From: Candidatus Latescibacterota bacterium
GTDB lineage: Bacteria; Latescibacterota; UBA2968; GCA-2709665
NCBI GenBank assembly: GCA_965237675.1
Contig: OZ250150.1
Span: forward strand, 1,600,001 to 1,664,000
Reading direction: 5' to 3'
Length of the DNA stretch: 64,000 nucleotides
Shown: positions 29,870 to 40,077 of the stretch, one piece after another
How positions within the stretch are numbered: the stretch's first letter is position 1
Layout: each line of letters begins with the position of its first letter
Position numbers and translations under genes: made by a program
The notes under the pieces: model-generated
The model's input: the letters and a program-made list of their open reading frames with translations, nothing else
The model's database searches: none
Told to the model about the DNA's origin: nothing

Positions 29870-30682
29870 TCAATTCCTCTCTACGAGCAGAATCGACGCC
29901 TGTTCGGCAAAGACCGACGCGGGCACCGAGATTCGCCCCTCCGCGGCATCCAGCACCACTGCGGTAGCGGTGAACTGGACGATCTCTCCCTGGTAGTTCC
30001 CAACGCGGACACGGTGACCCACCCTGTAGGTTTTTTGCAGGTAGTACGAGGCCAGTATATTGGCCACGGTGGTACGGGCCCCGAGAGCAAAGGTCAGGGC
30101 GCTGCCAAGAAGGCCAATGCCCAGGACGAGAAGCAGAACGCTGGTCAGCAGGTCGACGTTCAGACCCGCCTGGTCCACGGCGATCAGTGAGCTTGCGACC
30201 ACGACCGACATCTGACCCAGGCGCGCCAGGGCGGTTGCGTAGGCGATGCCCGTGGACGTGATAACGTCCCTGAGAAAATGGCCGCCGACCAGGCCGGCGA
30301 ACAGGATCAGGACTGCCGCAAGGAACCGGGGAAGATAGACGACTATGCCGTTGAGCCATACTGAAACCACTGGCAGCCCCAGTATTTCGGTAGCCACGGT
30401 GAGAAAAAAGAGCAGAACCAGCCAGAAGAGCACACGACCGACGGCCCAGCCGGCCGCGGTCCGGAATTCCGGACCGCGGCCTCTGTGCAGCCTGAGGCGC
30501 GGAACCAAACGGTCCAGCCCGGCGATCAGCCTGCGGCTCAGGGCGCGGACCAGATAAGCCAGCGCCAGACCCAGCAACGCCAGGGCGAGGGCGCCGACAA
30601 GCCGGGGCGCGGCATCGACGAGTTGGTGGCCGATATGCTGGGCCTGCGCCTTAAGTTGGGCTATTACTTCCTGGTAGGACAA
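29870..30682 (-). CDS. Small-conductance mechanosensitive channel / TM-helix-repeat protein
   Basis: YLPRFLAAVLIL, FALGAR..VANILAS, VG.RVRVG...G.I. Confidence 0.75.
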   Translation of the reverse strand: MSYQEVIAQLKAQAQHIGHQLVDAAPRLVGALALALLGLALAYLVRALSRRLIAGLDRLVPRLRLHRGRGPEFRTAAGWAVGRVLFWLVLLFFLTVATEILGLPVVSVWLNGIVVYLPRFLAAVLILFAGLVGGHFLRDVITSTGIAYATALARLGQMSVVVASSLIAVDQAGLNVDLLTSVLLLVLGIGLLGSALTFALGARTTVANILASYYLQKTYRVGHRVRVGNYQGEIVQFTATAVVLDAAEGRISVPASVFAEQASILLVERN

Positions 30683-30724
30683 TTCCTTGGACCTTTCTCG
30701 TTTGAGACTGCTGTAGAGGCTGAT

Positions 30725-31807
30725 TTATGTAGTTCCGTCTCTCTCCCTCGCGCGGACCCTTTGTTCCTGCCAGGGTTTCCTCTCTCCGTAAAACGCCTTG
30801 AGGGGGCGCCATGGGCCGGTCGTGCCGAGATGCCTTCCGTAGACGGCGATCCCGGTCAGCCCGCATGCCGTTCGAAGGCGACCGGGCAGGACCGCCTCGC
30901 GTACGAATCCGGCCTCCTCCAGCCGTCTCCCGGCCTCCGTATCGCCGTCCGCGGCGTATGTCTGCAGCACCGAAATACCGATCCGGTGAGCGCGCACGGC
31001 GACGGCGTCGAGCAGCGCGACGGTCTGATCTTCGTATTCCGGGGCGACGCGGACGCTCATCTGTGCGACGTGCTGCTGTTGAAACGTGGGCAGGCGTTCG
31101 ACGATGGCACAGCCGACCACGCGTTGCCTCCCGTTCTCCAGCACCATGAAGACGCCGCCGTCCTCCTCGACGCGACGCATCAGCTTCACGTAGTGGCCCT
31201 CGAAGCGGGTGTCGCGGAAACAGTGGCTCAGGTACTCCTTGATCTCCCAGGCCGGCTGCGGGTGGCAGAACAGGACGGTGGCGCCCGGCAGGTCTCCCCA
31301 GTGCGCCTCACGCGCAACCGCCTCGCCCGCGCGTGACAGATACCTGGCATCGAAGTCGCCGGCCGTGTCCGACAGGTAACGCATGCCGTCACCCACGAAG
31401 TAGTCGAACCCGCAGTTTTCGTACAACTGCCCGGCCGCGGGATTCGTGGTACACAGATAAAGGGCCAGTCCGCCGTTTGCTTCGAAGCGTGCGATCAGTT
31501 GCCTCAGCAGCGCCGTCCCCACGCCCTTGCGCCGGTATTCGCTCGCGGTGCTGACGAACTCCACGAGTCCCACCTCGGGATTCCGCACGGATGTGAGGCA
31601 GGTCATGTACCCGGCAACTTCCCCGCCTATCTCGCCGATGTAGTAGGGACAACGCAGCCAGGGCGCGAGCGCGCCCGAGAGAAGATCCTCTTGCACCGCT
31701 TCCCACCAGCATCCCACACTGCCGGCGTAGCGCCCGAGAGGCGGTTCGACCTCGTTGATAACGAGCGGTTCGCCCGTTTTGAGTTTCACTGTCGTGCAGT
31801 TCGTCAT
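30725..31807 (-). CDS. Tandem GNAT-family N-acetyltransferase
   Basis: VST..EYRRKGVGTALL and NPAA..LYE.CGF motifs, plus a second degenerate GNAT domain (RVAPEY, LEEAGFVRE). Confidence 0.8.
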   Translation of the reverse strand: MTNCTTVKLKTGEPLVINEVEPPLGRYAGSVGCWWEAVQEDLLSGALAPWLRCPYYIGEIGGEVAGYMTCLTSVRNPEVGLVEFVSTASEYRRKGVGTALLRQLIARFEANGGLALYLCTTNPAAGQLYENCGFDYFVGDGMRYLSDTAGDFDARYLSRAGEAVAREAHWGDLPGATVLFCHPQPAWEIKEYLSHCFRDTRFEGHYVKLMRRVEEDGGVFMVLENGRQRVVGCAIVERLPTFQQQHVAQMSVRVAPEYEDQTVALLDAVAVRAHRIGISVLQTYAADGDTEAGRRLEEAGFVREAVLPGRLRTACGLTGIAVYGRHLGTTGPWRPLKAFYGERKPWQEQRVRARERDGTT

Positions 31808-31885
31808 GTTCGCCGCGACCGTCCTGTATCGGGTGTGATATGTATCCGCCCCGCTATTCGGATGCGTTGGCTGGTCCGGCCTCAT

Positions 31886-32431
31886 TCACGCCGCGAGGCT
31901 GGGGATCCCGCTCCGGGTGTCCGCGACCACGAGGTCGACCACCCTTCGAAGGGCTTCCCGTTCCGAATCGCCTTCCAGCACCCTCACACGGCTGTCGGCG
32001 TCGCCGAATCCGGCATGGATGTGCATCCCGCCGACGAGCAGTTCCCTGACTGCCTGTTGATAGGTCATCGCGAATTGCTCGTACCGGCGTCCGGCGGTGA
32101 CGACCTGGTTGTGCCAGGCCGCAAAGGGATGTGTGGAGGCGGCCAGCACCGCGGCCCCGTGATTTTCCGCCGCATTGATGACGAAGCGTCGGGTCTCCAC
32201 CAGGGCTTCGCGCACCTCCGCCACGGATTGGCAAACTCTGGTCGTGGTTTCTATCTGAGATCGGAGGAATTCGGCCACGACCTTGTGAGGACCGCGGTTT
32301 TTCTCGCATTCCTCGAAAATTCGGCCGTCCGGGTCCGGAAGAAGATCGCGCGTACCCGGATCGATCAGGAAGAACTCTTCCTCAACCCCGAGCGTAATCG
32401 CCAGGGGGTCGACAATACTGCCCTGCGTCAT
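31886..32431 (-). pseudogene. Carboxylate-amine ligase (YbdK/GCS2 family), internally deleted
   Basis: TLGVEEEFFLID, AASTHPF and GMHIHAG are followed directly by the family's terminal helix (EALRRVVDLVVADT); only 181 aa. Confidence 0.75.
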
Positions 32432-32685
32432 ATTGTCTTGTCTCCTCAGATGGGAGATATGCGAAGCCGCCCGTCGGTCCGCCGGGCGGCACTCGTTTGT
32501 GTACTTGAAGTGCGCCGGAGTTGCTCTATATTGTTCGTCGCCCTCCCGGCGACACGCCGCCGGCCGGGTGTATTTATACTACATTTGCAGCGTACAATGC
32601 AACCATTTTCCCTTTCCTCCATCACTGAACATCTGTTTTCCGCACGCGGTACCAGTCGTAACGGCGTTGCGCGCCGGAGGGTTAT

Positions 32686-33876
32686 ATGGACGACACATCA
32701 GATGCGGTTCGGCTGGATAAAATTCGATCCGCAGTGAATCGGGAACGGCTTGTTGAAACGGCGATGGCGCTGATCGCGTTGCCCAGCCCCACGCGGAGCG
32801 CCGGCGCCGCGGCGGATTGTCTGGCGGAGATACTGGCCAACGATGGATTCGAAGTGGAACGACCGGACGCAGACTGGCCTGAGGCGCCTGCGGTTGTCGT
32901 TCGTTTGGAAACAGATCGGCCGGGACGTACCTTGCAGTTCGACGGCCATCTGGATACGGTGCATCTGCCCTTTGTACCGCCCAGATTGGAAGACGGTGTC
33001 CTGTACGGATCCGGCGCCTCGGATATGAAGGGTGGAATCGCGGCGGCGGTCGAGGCGCTACGGGCGTTGGGTGATGCCGAAGCACTTACTGGCGGGGGTG
33101 TACTGCTCACCGCGCACGACCATCACGAAGGTCCCTGGGGAGATCGGCGCCAGGTGCGCGCGCTGATTGCGGCGGGTTGCGTGGGCGACGCCGTGATGCT
33201 CCCGGAGTATCTGGCGGATCGATTGCCGCTGGCCGGTAGGGGGATGGCGATTTTCGAGATTTCGTTGCGCAGGAAAGGGGATCCGGTGCACGAGGTTCTT
33301 CGGGCGCCGCATACACCCGACGTGCTGGGGGCCGGCGCGGAACTGGTGTGCCGCTTGCGGGAGTTGAACCGGTCGCTGTCGGACATTTCCGACCCCTATT
33401 CCGGGTGCGATACGGTATTTGTAGGACGGATAGATTCGGGTGAGATCTACAATCAGGCGCCGGTCGCATGCACGGTACATGGCACGAGAAGGTGGGTGAC
33501 CCCCGGCGGGGCGGGGGACGTGGAGCGTGAGTTTCGGACAATGCTGGAAGAACTTGCAGTGGAGACCGGGACAGCAGTGACGGCCGATTTTCAGGTTCAG
33601 GGAGACGCGTTCAGGATCTCGCGCGAAGCCGCCATCGTCAACGCGTTTCAGGCAGCGCATGCGGGTGTTTCGGGTAGAGATCTGCCGATTGGAGGCAAGC
33701 CGTTTGTGGACGACGGCAATACATACGCGACGCTTGCGGGGATTCCGGCGCTGACGCATGGGCCGGATGCAAAGGGAGCGCATACGTTGTCCGAGTCGGT
33801 GGCCGTAGACGAGTTGGTTCGGGTGGCGCGGGTATACGCGATGACGGCGATGGGGTACTGTGGTGGGATGGGATAG
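32686..33876 (+). CDS. M20-family peptidase/deacylase (ArgE/DapE-like)
   Basis: FDGHLDTV, LYGSGASDMKGG, GAHT..ESV. Confidence 0.85.
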   Translation: MDDTSDAVRLDKIRSAVNRERLVETAMALIALPSPTRSAGAAADCLAEILANDGFEVERPDADWPEAPAVVVRLETDRPGRTLQFDGHLDTVHLPFVPPRLEDGVLYGSGASDMKGGIAAAVEALRALGDAEALTGGGVLLTAHDHHEGPWGDRRQVRALIAAGCVGDAVMLPEYLADRLPLAGRGMAIFEISLRRKGDPVHEVLRAPHTPDVLGAGAELVCRLRELNRSLSDISDPYSGCDTVFVGRIDSGEIYNQAPVACTVHGTRRWVTPGGAGDVEREFRTMLEELAVETGTAVTADFQVQGDAFRISREAAIVNAFQAAHAGVSGRDLPIGGKPFVDDGNTYATLAGIPALTHGPDAKGAHTLSESVAVDELVRVARVYAMTAMGYCGGMG

Positions 33877-33993
33877 GTACCAAAATAAGCCATACCGTCG
33901 GTTTTCCTTAGGATTCCGTACGTGAAGATTGCAACTGCCGTTGAGGGGTTATGAAGATAGGTGTTGATATCGACGGCGTTACGGCCGATTCGT

Positions 33994-34668
33994 CTACACG
34001 GCCACCCCGTGGTCGTGGAGGTAGGATTCAATTCTTCCTTTAAGGTCGGATGTGAGAGCGATTCGGCCGTTGATGCTGCGGCCGGGCAGGTAATCAAGGA
34101 TGTCGTGGACGGTGATAATGGATCGGACGGGTACGCCTGTGGCGGTCTGGAGCGCCGCCACGGCGTCTTCGCCGTCAGCATTTTTTTCTTTACGGTCCAG
34201 AGCGATGACCAGGCCCGAGATCCGGGCGCTGCAGGTTGCCTTTAGCCTGTCGATCATGTGGATCTTGGTGGCGCCGTCGGTGACGACATCGTCTACCAGC
34301 ACGACGCGGTCCTGCTTGTCGGGTTCCTTGCCTACCAGCCAACCGCCTTCTCCGTGTTCCTTCATCTCTTTGCGGTCGAAACCATAGTACGCGTCCACGT
34401 CGAAACGCTGGCGGAGCGCAATGGCCGCGGCGATGCACAGGGGGATGCCCTTGTAGGCCGGGCCGAAAACAAGCGTGGGTTCGACGTCGAACTCACGGAT
34501 GGCGCATGCGTAGTAGTAGCCAAGGCGCTCGATTTCCGCACCCCTGTTGAATTGTCCGGCGTTGAAGAAGTAGGGTGACCTTCTACCGCTCTTTAGAGTG
34601 AATTCACCGAAGCGGAGGGCGCCGGTCTCGATGAGGAAATCCATGAAATCCTGCTGATAGGCTTGCAT
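33994..34668 (-). CDS. pyrE: Orotate phosphoribosyltransferase
   Basis: FGEFTLKSGR.SPYFFN, FGPAYKGIP, RKE.K.HGEGG, VDDVVTDGATK. Confidence 0.95.
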   Translation of the reverse strand: MQAYQQDFMDFLIETGALRFGEFTLKSGRRSPYFFNAGQFNRGAEIERLGYYYACAIREFDVEPTLVFGPAYKGIPLCIAAAIALRQRFDVDAYYGFDRKEMKEHGEGGWLVGKEPDKQDRVVLVDDVVTDGATKIHMIDRLKATCSARISGLVIALDRKEKNADGEDAVAALQTATGVPVRSIITVHDILDYLPGRSINGRIALTSDLKGRIESYLHDHGVAV

Positions 34669-34788
34669 TGCGGGAACTCCTGATTGGTGGTAGCCGGACG
34701 GTAGACGCGGCCTGCAAAATCGTTTAACGGCCGGGTTTGTGCTTGACGCGAATTTGTCAAAATACGATCTTAGAGATCAATTCGAGAG

Positions 34789-34962
34789 GCGACCTGCGCA
34801 AGGTCGGCGAGCGATGGCACTTCGACAAGCTTGCTTCGACAGGCTCAGCACAGGCAGCGCAAGCAACGCAGCGAGACGGGATGAGTCGGCGCCTGCCTGT
34901 GCGTGCTGCCTCACGCACGCAGACAGGGATGAATGGTGACATATTTCTGGGACGGGACACTA
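34789..34962. mobile_element. MITE family A right part carrying nested family B REPs and a family C hairpin
   Basis: Colinear with 63499-63590 apart from two insertions (CTTCGACAAGCT...CAGCGCAAG and CCTGCCTGT...CAGACAGG); ends TATTTCTGGGACGGGACACTA. Confidence 0.75.
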
Positions 34963-35020
34963 TACCTCGCCTGCAGAGCAACTTTATCAACGGACTGCTA
35001 AACGGCGAATCGAGGTCGGA

Positions 35021-35464
35021 TTGACAGTCAAACGGTGGCGAATTGCGCTGGCGGGTTGGATGGTACTGATTTTTCTGATGTCGAGCAGATGGCTGGCTTT
35101 CGGGATGTCTGCGGATGCGACGGAGGAAGTTCTGGGCGTATTGAATGGTACGGTTCGCAAGCTCGCTCATCTGACCGAATATGCGATTCTGACGTATCTC
35201 TGGCTGCGGTTAATCTGGACAGAGCCACGGCGGTTCGGTCCACGTCTGGCATGGAGCGCGGTGCTTTCCGTCTGTTACGGTGTGACCGATGAGCTCCACC
35301 AGAATTCCGTGCCGGAGCGCCTTGGAACCTGGTCCGACGTGCTGTATGACGCCGCCGGCGTGTTGTTGATGGTGTATCTGTTGTGGAAAATTAAAAACGG
35401 GAAAAACACGGCGTTGAAACACAGGGTGCTGGGGTCCCCCGTACATGCGGCGGACCGCGCCTAA
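35021..35464 (+). CDS. VanZ-family membrane protein
   Basis: WMVLIFLMSS, RKLAHLTEYAIL, DELHQ..VP.R.G...DV..D. Confidence 0.88.
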   Translation: MTVKRWRIALAGWMVLIFLMSSRWLAFGMSADATEEVLGVLNGTVRKLAHLTEYAILTYLWLRLIWTEPRRFGPRLAWSAVLSVCYGVTDELHQNSVPERLGTWSDVLYDAAGVLLMVYLLWKIKNGKNTALKHRVLGSPVHAADRA

Positions 35465-35528
35465 GATAAATGATCTCACCCGGCCTGACAAGCCGATTCA
35501 CCCTTGGGGAACTCAAAAAGGGACCGCC

Positions 35529-36857
35529 ATGGCGACAGACCATCGCAGCGTACTCTTGTTGATTGCGGACGACTGGAGCCCGATTGCCGGATGTTACGGG
35601 AATTCGGCGATCCGGACGCCTAACGTGGACGCACTGGCGTCTCGCGGAACGGTGTTTACCCAGGCTTTCTGTACGACGCCATCCTGTGCGGCCAGCCGGG
35701 CGTGCGTGTTGACGGGACATTACAGCCATACCCACGGGCAGTACGGGCATACGCATTCGATCCACAATTTTCACACGCATCTGTCCATGCCCTCCATCCC
35801 CCGGACCCTCGGATCGGCGGGGTTCGCTACCGGGATTGTGGGCAAGCTGCACGTGCAGCCCAGAGAGGTATACCCGTGGACCTATGACGGGGAACGGGTG
35901 CGCGGCGGAACGCGGAATGTGGCGGAGATGGCCAGGCTGGCCGGGGCGTTCCTTTCTCAAACGGGCGACCGGCCCTTCTATCTGCATATGGGTTTCGGCG
36001 ATCCGCATCGGGATTTCGGAAATCGGGGGACCTATCCGGAGGTGGCGGAGGTGTATTATTCGCCGGAAGAGGTCGTCGTGCCTGATTTCCTGCCCGACCA
36101 TCCCGCGGTACGGCGGGAACTCGCGGAGTATTACCAGTCGATATCCAGGCTGGATCAGGGTATCGGGATGGCAGTAGATGCGCTGGAGGCCGCCGGCCGG
36201 TCGGAGGATACGCTGATTGTCGTGATGAGCGATCATGGGATGCCGTTTCCCGGTGCGAAGGGGTCGTCGTTTGACTCCGGGCATCGCTGTCCATTAATCC
36301 TGGTGCGGCCGGATGCGGCGTCCGTTCGGTGTGATGCGCTTGTGAATTGGTGTAATATCGCACCGACGGTTCTGGAGTGGTGCGGGGTGGAACCACCGGA
36401 AGGGCTTCCGGAACGCTCCCTCATCCCCATCCTGGATGAGGCGCATCCGGAAGGATGGGAAGAGACCTTCTTTTCGCATTCGTTTCACGAGGTGACGAAC
36501 TACTATCCGTATCGTGTGTTGAGGGGGCGAAATTACAAATACGTGCGCAATCTCTATCCCGAGCTGACAACGCCGATACCGGGCGACCTGTGGGCGTCTC
36601 CAACGTGGCAAGCGATTCTGGCGGAGGGGATCGGGATGATGGGGCAACGGCCCACGGAACGGTTCCTGCATCAGGATGGAGAAGCATTGTTCGACGTTGG
36701 TGCCGATCCGGCTGAGTCGACCAATGTCATCCACGACCCGGACGTCGCGGACGTCGCAGAGGCGATGCGGCGGAAGGTAAAGTCGTTCCGGGTCGGGACA
36801 CGGGATCCGTGGGTCCTCGCGTCGATTCACGCCGGAGAGGAAGGCCTCGAGGCATGA
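35529..36857 (+). CDS. Sulfatase (N-sulfoglucosamine sulfohydrolase-like)
   Basis: IADD, TPN.D.LA..G, CAASR..LTG, GKLH, DPHR, SDHGMPFP.AK. Confidence 0.9.
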   Translation: MATDHRSVLLLIADDWSPIAGCYGNSAIRTPNVDALASRGTVFTQAFCTTPSCAASRACVLTGHYSHTHGQYGHTHSIHNFHTHLSMPSIPRTLGSAGFATGIVGKLHVQPREVYPWTYDGERVRGGTRNVAEMARLAGAFLSQTGDRPFYLHMGFGDPHRDFGNRGTYPEVAEVYYSPEEVVVPDFLPDHPAVRRELAEYYQSISRLDQGIGMAVDALEAAGRSEDTLIVVMSDHGMPFPGAKGSSFDSGHRCPLILVRPDAASVRCDALVNWCNIAPTVLEWCGVEPPEGLPERSLIPILDEAHPEGWEETFFSHSFHEVTNYYPYRVLRGRNYKYVRNLYPELTTPIPGDLWASPTWQAILAEGIGMMGQRPTERFLHQDGEALFDVGADPAESTNVIHDPDVADVAEAMRRKVKSFRVGTRDPWVLASIHAGEEGLEA

Positions 36858-36887
36858 GGACGCGACATTGGGCCTGCACCCTGAGCC

Positions 36888-37045
36888 GCTCCCTGAGCTT
36901 GTCGAAGGGTAGCGAAACGCGGGCATTTCGACAAGCTCGTTTCGACGGGCTCAACGCACGCAATGACCACGCATCGGCGAGCCGTTTCGACAGGCTCAGC
37001 ACAGGCAACGCAAGCAGCGCAGGCAGCGACCGCAACGCAGCGAAA
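36888..37045. repeat. Cluster of nested family B REP-like units (CCCTGAGCTTGTCGAAGGG / TTCGACAAGCTCA)
   Basis: CCCTGAGC[CGCTCCCTGAGCTTGTCGAAGGG]..., TTTCGACAAGCT[CGTTTCGACGGGCTCAACGCACG]CAATG; ends in GCAACGCAGCGA, as in the MITE A interior. Confidence 0.75.
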
Positions 37046-37093
37046 CGAATACTACCGCGACGCTCCCGCTGTATCTTTCTTTAGAGGTGTTTC

Positions 37094-37732
37094 TTGATCT
37101 TCAAGTCGATTGTGGTCGGTCCGTTGCAGGTGAACTGTTTCATCCTGGCCTGCGAAAAAACCCTCGAGGGCATCATCGTCGATCCGGGCGACAACATCCC
37201 GGACGTTCTTGAACTGGTCCTGGAAGACAACATCCGCGTTGTGGAAATCATCGCCACACATGGGCATTACGACCACATCGCGCATGCTTCCTCCGCCGTC
37301 CGCGAAACAGGCGCCCCCTTTGCCATTCATCCCGCCGATCGCTTTGATGTGGAAAACCTGGTTGAAATCGCCGCATCGATCGGTATGGACGCGGATCCAC
37401 CGCCACGCATCGATCGTTTCCTCGAAGCGGGCGATGTCGTCAAGATGGGTGAAGAATCGCTTGAGGTTGTACACACGCCGGGCCACGCCCGCGGCAACAT
37501 CACCCTCAAATGGCCGGGGCATGCGATTGTGGGGGACACCCTGTTTGCCGGCTCGATCGGCCGCACCGACCTGCCGGGCGGCGACCTGGCCCTTCTGCTC
37601 AAGTCAATACGGGAGAAGATTCTGATACTGGACGATGAGACCAGAGTCTATCCCGGACATGGTCCCTTCACCACCGTGGCCCGCGAGAAAATGAGCAATC
37701 CCTTTCTCGTGGGACGTTCCGGCGTGTGGTAG
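37094..37732 (+). CDS. MBL-fold metallo-hydrolase (glyoxalase II-like)
   Basis: THGHYDHI, HTPGH, GDTLFAGSIGRTDLPGG, YPGHG. Confidence 0.92.
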   Translation: MIFKSIVVGPLQVNCFILACEKTLEGIIVDPGDNIPDVLELVLEDNIRVVEIIATHGHYDHIAHASSAVRETGAPFAIHPADRFDVENLVEIAASIGMDADPPPRIDRFLEAGDVVKMGEESLEVVHTPGHARGNITLKWPGHAIVGDTLFAGSIGRTDLPGGDLALLLKSIREKILILDDETRVYPGHGPFTTVAREKMSNPFLVGRSGVW

Positions 37733-37840
37733 GTCCGGAAGCTCCGCGACCTCACCGGTCCGTACGCCCCTTCGAGGCCGGCTGGACCGTTATGTGAACA
37801 ACCCGGAAGGGCAGTTGCTTCCGGAGGACTCCGAAGACGA

Positions 37841-37903
37841 GGCAACGCAGCGAGACGGGATGAATCGGCGGATGAATGGTAACATATTTCTGGGACGGGA
37901 CAC
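37841..37903. mobile_element. MITE family A right part, directly upstream of the pepA RBS
   Basis: GGCAACGCAGCGAGACGGGATGAATCGGCGGATGAATGGTAACATATTTCTGGGACGGGACAC, near-identical to 63526-63588. Confidence 0.8.
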
Positions 37904-37916
37904 CAAGGGAGGTTTT

Positions 37917-39416
37917 GTGAACATTTCGGTTGCGATCGAAAATATTCTGGAACGGGATGCGGAAGCAATTGTGCTGAATCTCTTCGAGGGGGTCACCGAA
38001 CCGGGCGGCGCCACGGGCGCCGCGGACGCGGCCCTGAACGGCCAGATCCGAAACCTGATCTCCGACGGCGACTTCACCGGCAAATTCAAACAGATTGCCG
38101 TCCTTTATCCGCAGGATGGAATTTCCGCAAAGCGTCTGCTCCTCGTGGGCCTGGGTAAACGCGAGGAATTCACGCTCGACAGGGTCAGGCAGGCCTCCGC
38201 CGTTGCAGCCCAGCGAGCACGCAGCCTAGGGGCAGCCAACCTGGCCACCGTGATTCACGGAGGCGGGGCAGGCGGCATGGACGTAGCCGAGGCCGCGCAG
38301 GCCGTTGTCGAAGGCGCCATCCTCGGTACTTACCGCTTCACGCGGTATAAGAGCGGGGAAGACGACGACGCCAAAGAACTCGAACAGCTTGCACTGGTCG
38401 AATTCGAGGCAGGTAAGCGGACCGACGTTGAAAAAGGGTCGGATGCGGGGCGAATTATCGCCGAAGCGACTTGTCTCGCCCGGGATCTCGGCAGTCATCC
38501 CGGGAACGAGATGACGCCCGCCATACTCGCCGAACGTGCGGAAACGATGGCCCGCGAGACCGGTCTGAGATGCGAGGTCTTCGACGAAAACCGGATTGCA
38601 AAGGAAGGCATGCGAACCATTCAGGCCGTGGCGCAGGGCAGCGCACAACCCCCCAGGTTCATTATCCTCGAACACGAGGGCGGCCGGCCGGCGGCGGCGC
38701 CCGTCGTGCTCATCGGCAAAGGGATCACTTTCGACTCCGGCGGTATTTCCATTAAAGGCTCCGAGGGCATGTGGGATATGAAATTCGACATGGGGGGGGC
38801 CGCAGCCGTCATCGGCGCCATGCAGGCCGTGGCGCGGCTGGACCTGCCGGTACGAACGGTCGGCCTGGTGGCCGCCTCGGAAAACATGCCTGGCAGCCGC
38901 GCGCTCAAGCCGGGCGACATTATCCGGTCCCTTATCGGAAAAACCATCGAAATCCGGTCCACAGACGCCGAGGGCCGGCTGGTTCTGGCCGACGCCGTGG
39001 CCTATGCCGCCCGTTACAAACCCTCTGCCGCCATCGATCTGGCCACGCTTACCGGCGCCTGCATCATTGCCCTTGGACACGAGGCCAGCGGCCTCTTCTC
39101 CAACGATGACCCATTGTCATCTGAAATTGCGGCCGCCGGAGAAAGAACGGGCGAAATCGCGTGGCGCCTCCCCATTCTGGACGGCCACCGCGAGGAGATG
39201 AAGAGCGATGTTGCCGATCTGAAGAACACCGGCGGCCGCCCCGGCGGCGCCATCACGGGTGCGGCGTTCATCGAAGCCTTCGTAGGGGATTTTCCCTGGG
39301 CCCACCTGGACATTGCCGGCACCGCCTGGGCGCACAGAGACCTGCCGCACATCCCCAAGGGCGGCACGGGCGTGGGGGTGCGTCTCCTGGTCGATCTGCT
39401 CCGAAACCGGGGTTGA
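37917..39416 (+). CDS. pepA: Leucyl aminopeptidase (M17)
   Basis: GKGITFDSGG.SIK, MKFDMGGAA, TDAEGRLVLAD, ATLTGAC, WAHLDIAGTA; GTG start after GGAGG. Confidence 0.95.
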   Translation: MNISVAIENILERDAEAIVLNLFEGVTEPGGATGAADAALNGQIRNLISDGDFTGKFKQIAVLYPQDGISAKRLLLVGLGKREEFTLDRVRQASAVAAQRARSLGAANLATVIHGGGAGGMDVAEAAQAVVEGAILGTYRFTRYKSGEDDDAKELEQLALVEFEAGKRTDVEKGSDAGRIIAEATCLARDLGSHPGNEMTPAILAERAETMARETGLRCEVFDENRIAKEGMRTIQAVAQGSAQPPRFIILEHEGGRPAAAPVVLIGKGITFDSGGISIKGSEGMWDMKFDMGGAAAVIGAMQAVARLDLPVRTVGLVAASENMPGSRALKPGDIIRSLIGKTIEIRSTDAEGRLVLADAVAYAARYKPSAAIDLATLTGACIIALGHEASGLFSNDDPLSSEIAAAGERTGEIAWRLPILDGHREEMKSDVADLKNTGGRPGGAITGAAFIEAFVGDFPWAHLDIAGTAWAHRDLPHIPKGGTGVGVRLLVDLLRNRG

Positions 39417-39500
39417 TTCCGTCGAAACAGGACTTGGATGACGCACACATCCCCGTGGCAGCGTGTCTGAATATCCAGGTACTATTGGAGCGTAAAACGA

Positions 39501-39538
39501 GAAGCGCCGGCACCCTGAAGAGGGTTTCCGGCGCTTTC
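39501..39538. terminator. Hairpin between convergent genes
   Basis: GAAGCGCCGG..CCCT-GAAG-AGGG..CCGGCGCTTTC. Confidence 0.6.
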
Positions 39539-39573
39539 GAATTCCCGATGTTCACCCGCGGTTTGTCCGGTCC

Positions 39574-40077
39574 TCAACCTCCGCCCAGATTGAAGCGTAC
39601 GCCTGCCTGTACTCCAATCTCATTTGCCGCCGTGTGATCTTCAAACGATCGAAACCAGCGTACCTGCATAAACACCCCCGCGTGGGTTCCCACGTCAAAC
39701 GAAAGACCGCCCGCCACTGTGATCATCCCGTCGGTACCCGTTGCAAGGCCCGGGCTGGGTTCACCCCGAATCAGCAACGCGCCTCCGCCGGCGCCGAAAT
39801 ATATCGTGCCGCCGTATTCCGAAAGGGGCGGTTTGTATAGCAGCGAGATGCCTATTGGGATAATCCTTGTGCCCGAATTGCTGTACAGCTCGCAGAAAGG
39901 CGCGAGGTGGGTGGGATACTCATCACTCAGCGACATCTCGAACGAAAAGTGACCGCCCGGCCTGCCCGGGTCGAACAGCGTTCCCCCGCCCGCATTCACC
40001 GCGAAGTCTCTGGCGGCGACGGGCGTGGCCGCCAGCAAGGCGAAGCCCGAAAGCAAAGCCAATATTCGAACCCTCAT
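39574..40077 (-). CDS. Small outer-membrane beta-barrel protein, paralog 1
   Basis: Signal peptide (A-A-R cleavage region), YFGAGGG, GVFMQVRW, terminal strand QAGVRFNLG. Confidence 0.65.
   Translation of the reverse strand: MRVRILALLSGFALLAATPVAARDFAVNAGGGTLFDPGRPGGHFSFEMSLSDEYPTHLAPFCELYSNSGTRIIPIGISLLYKPPLSEYGGTIYFGAGGGALLIRGEPSPGLATGTDGMITVAGGLSFDVGTHAGVFMQVRWFRSFEDHTAANEIGVQAGVRFNLGGG

Noticed and set aside
35665-35720. Sulfatase motif CAASR instead of CxPxR
   Set aside because: CxAxR is a known variant of the formylglycine motif.
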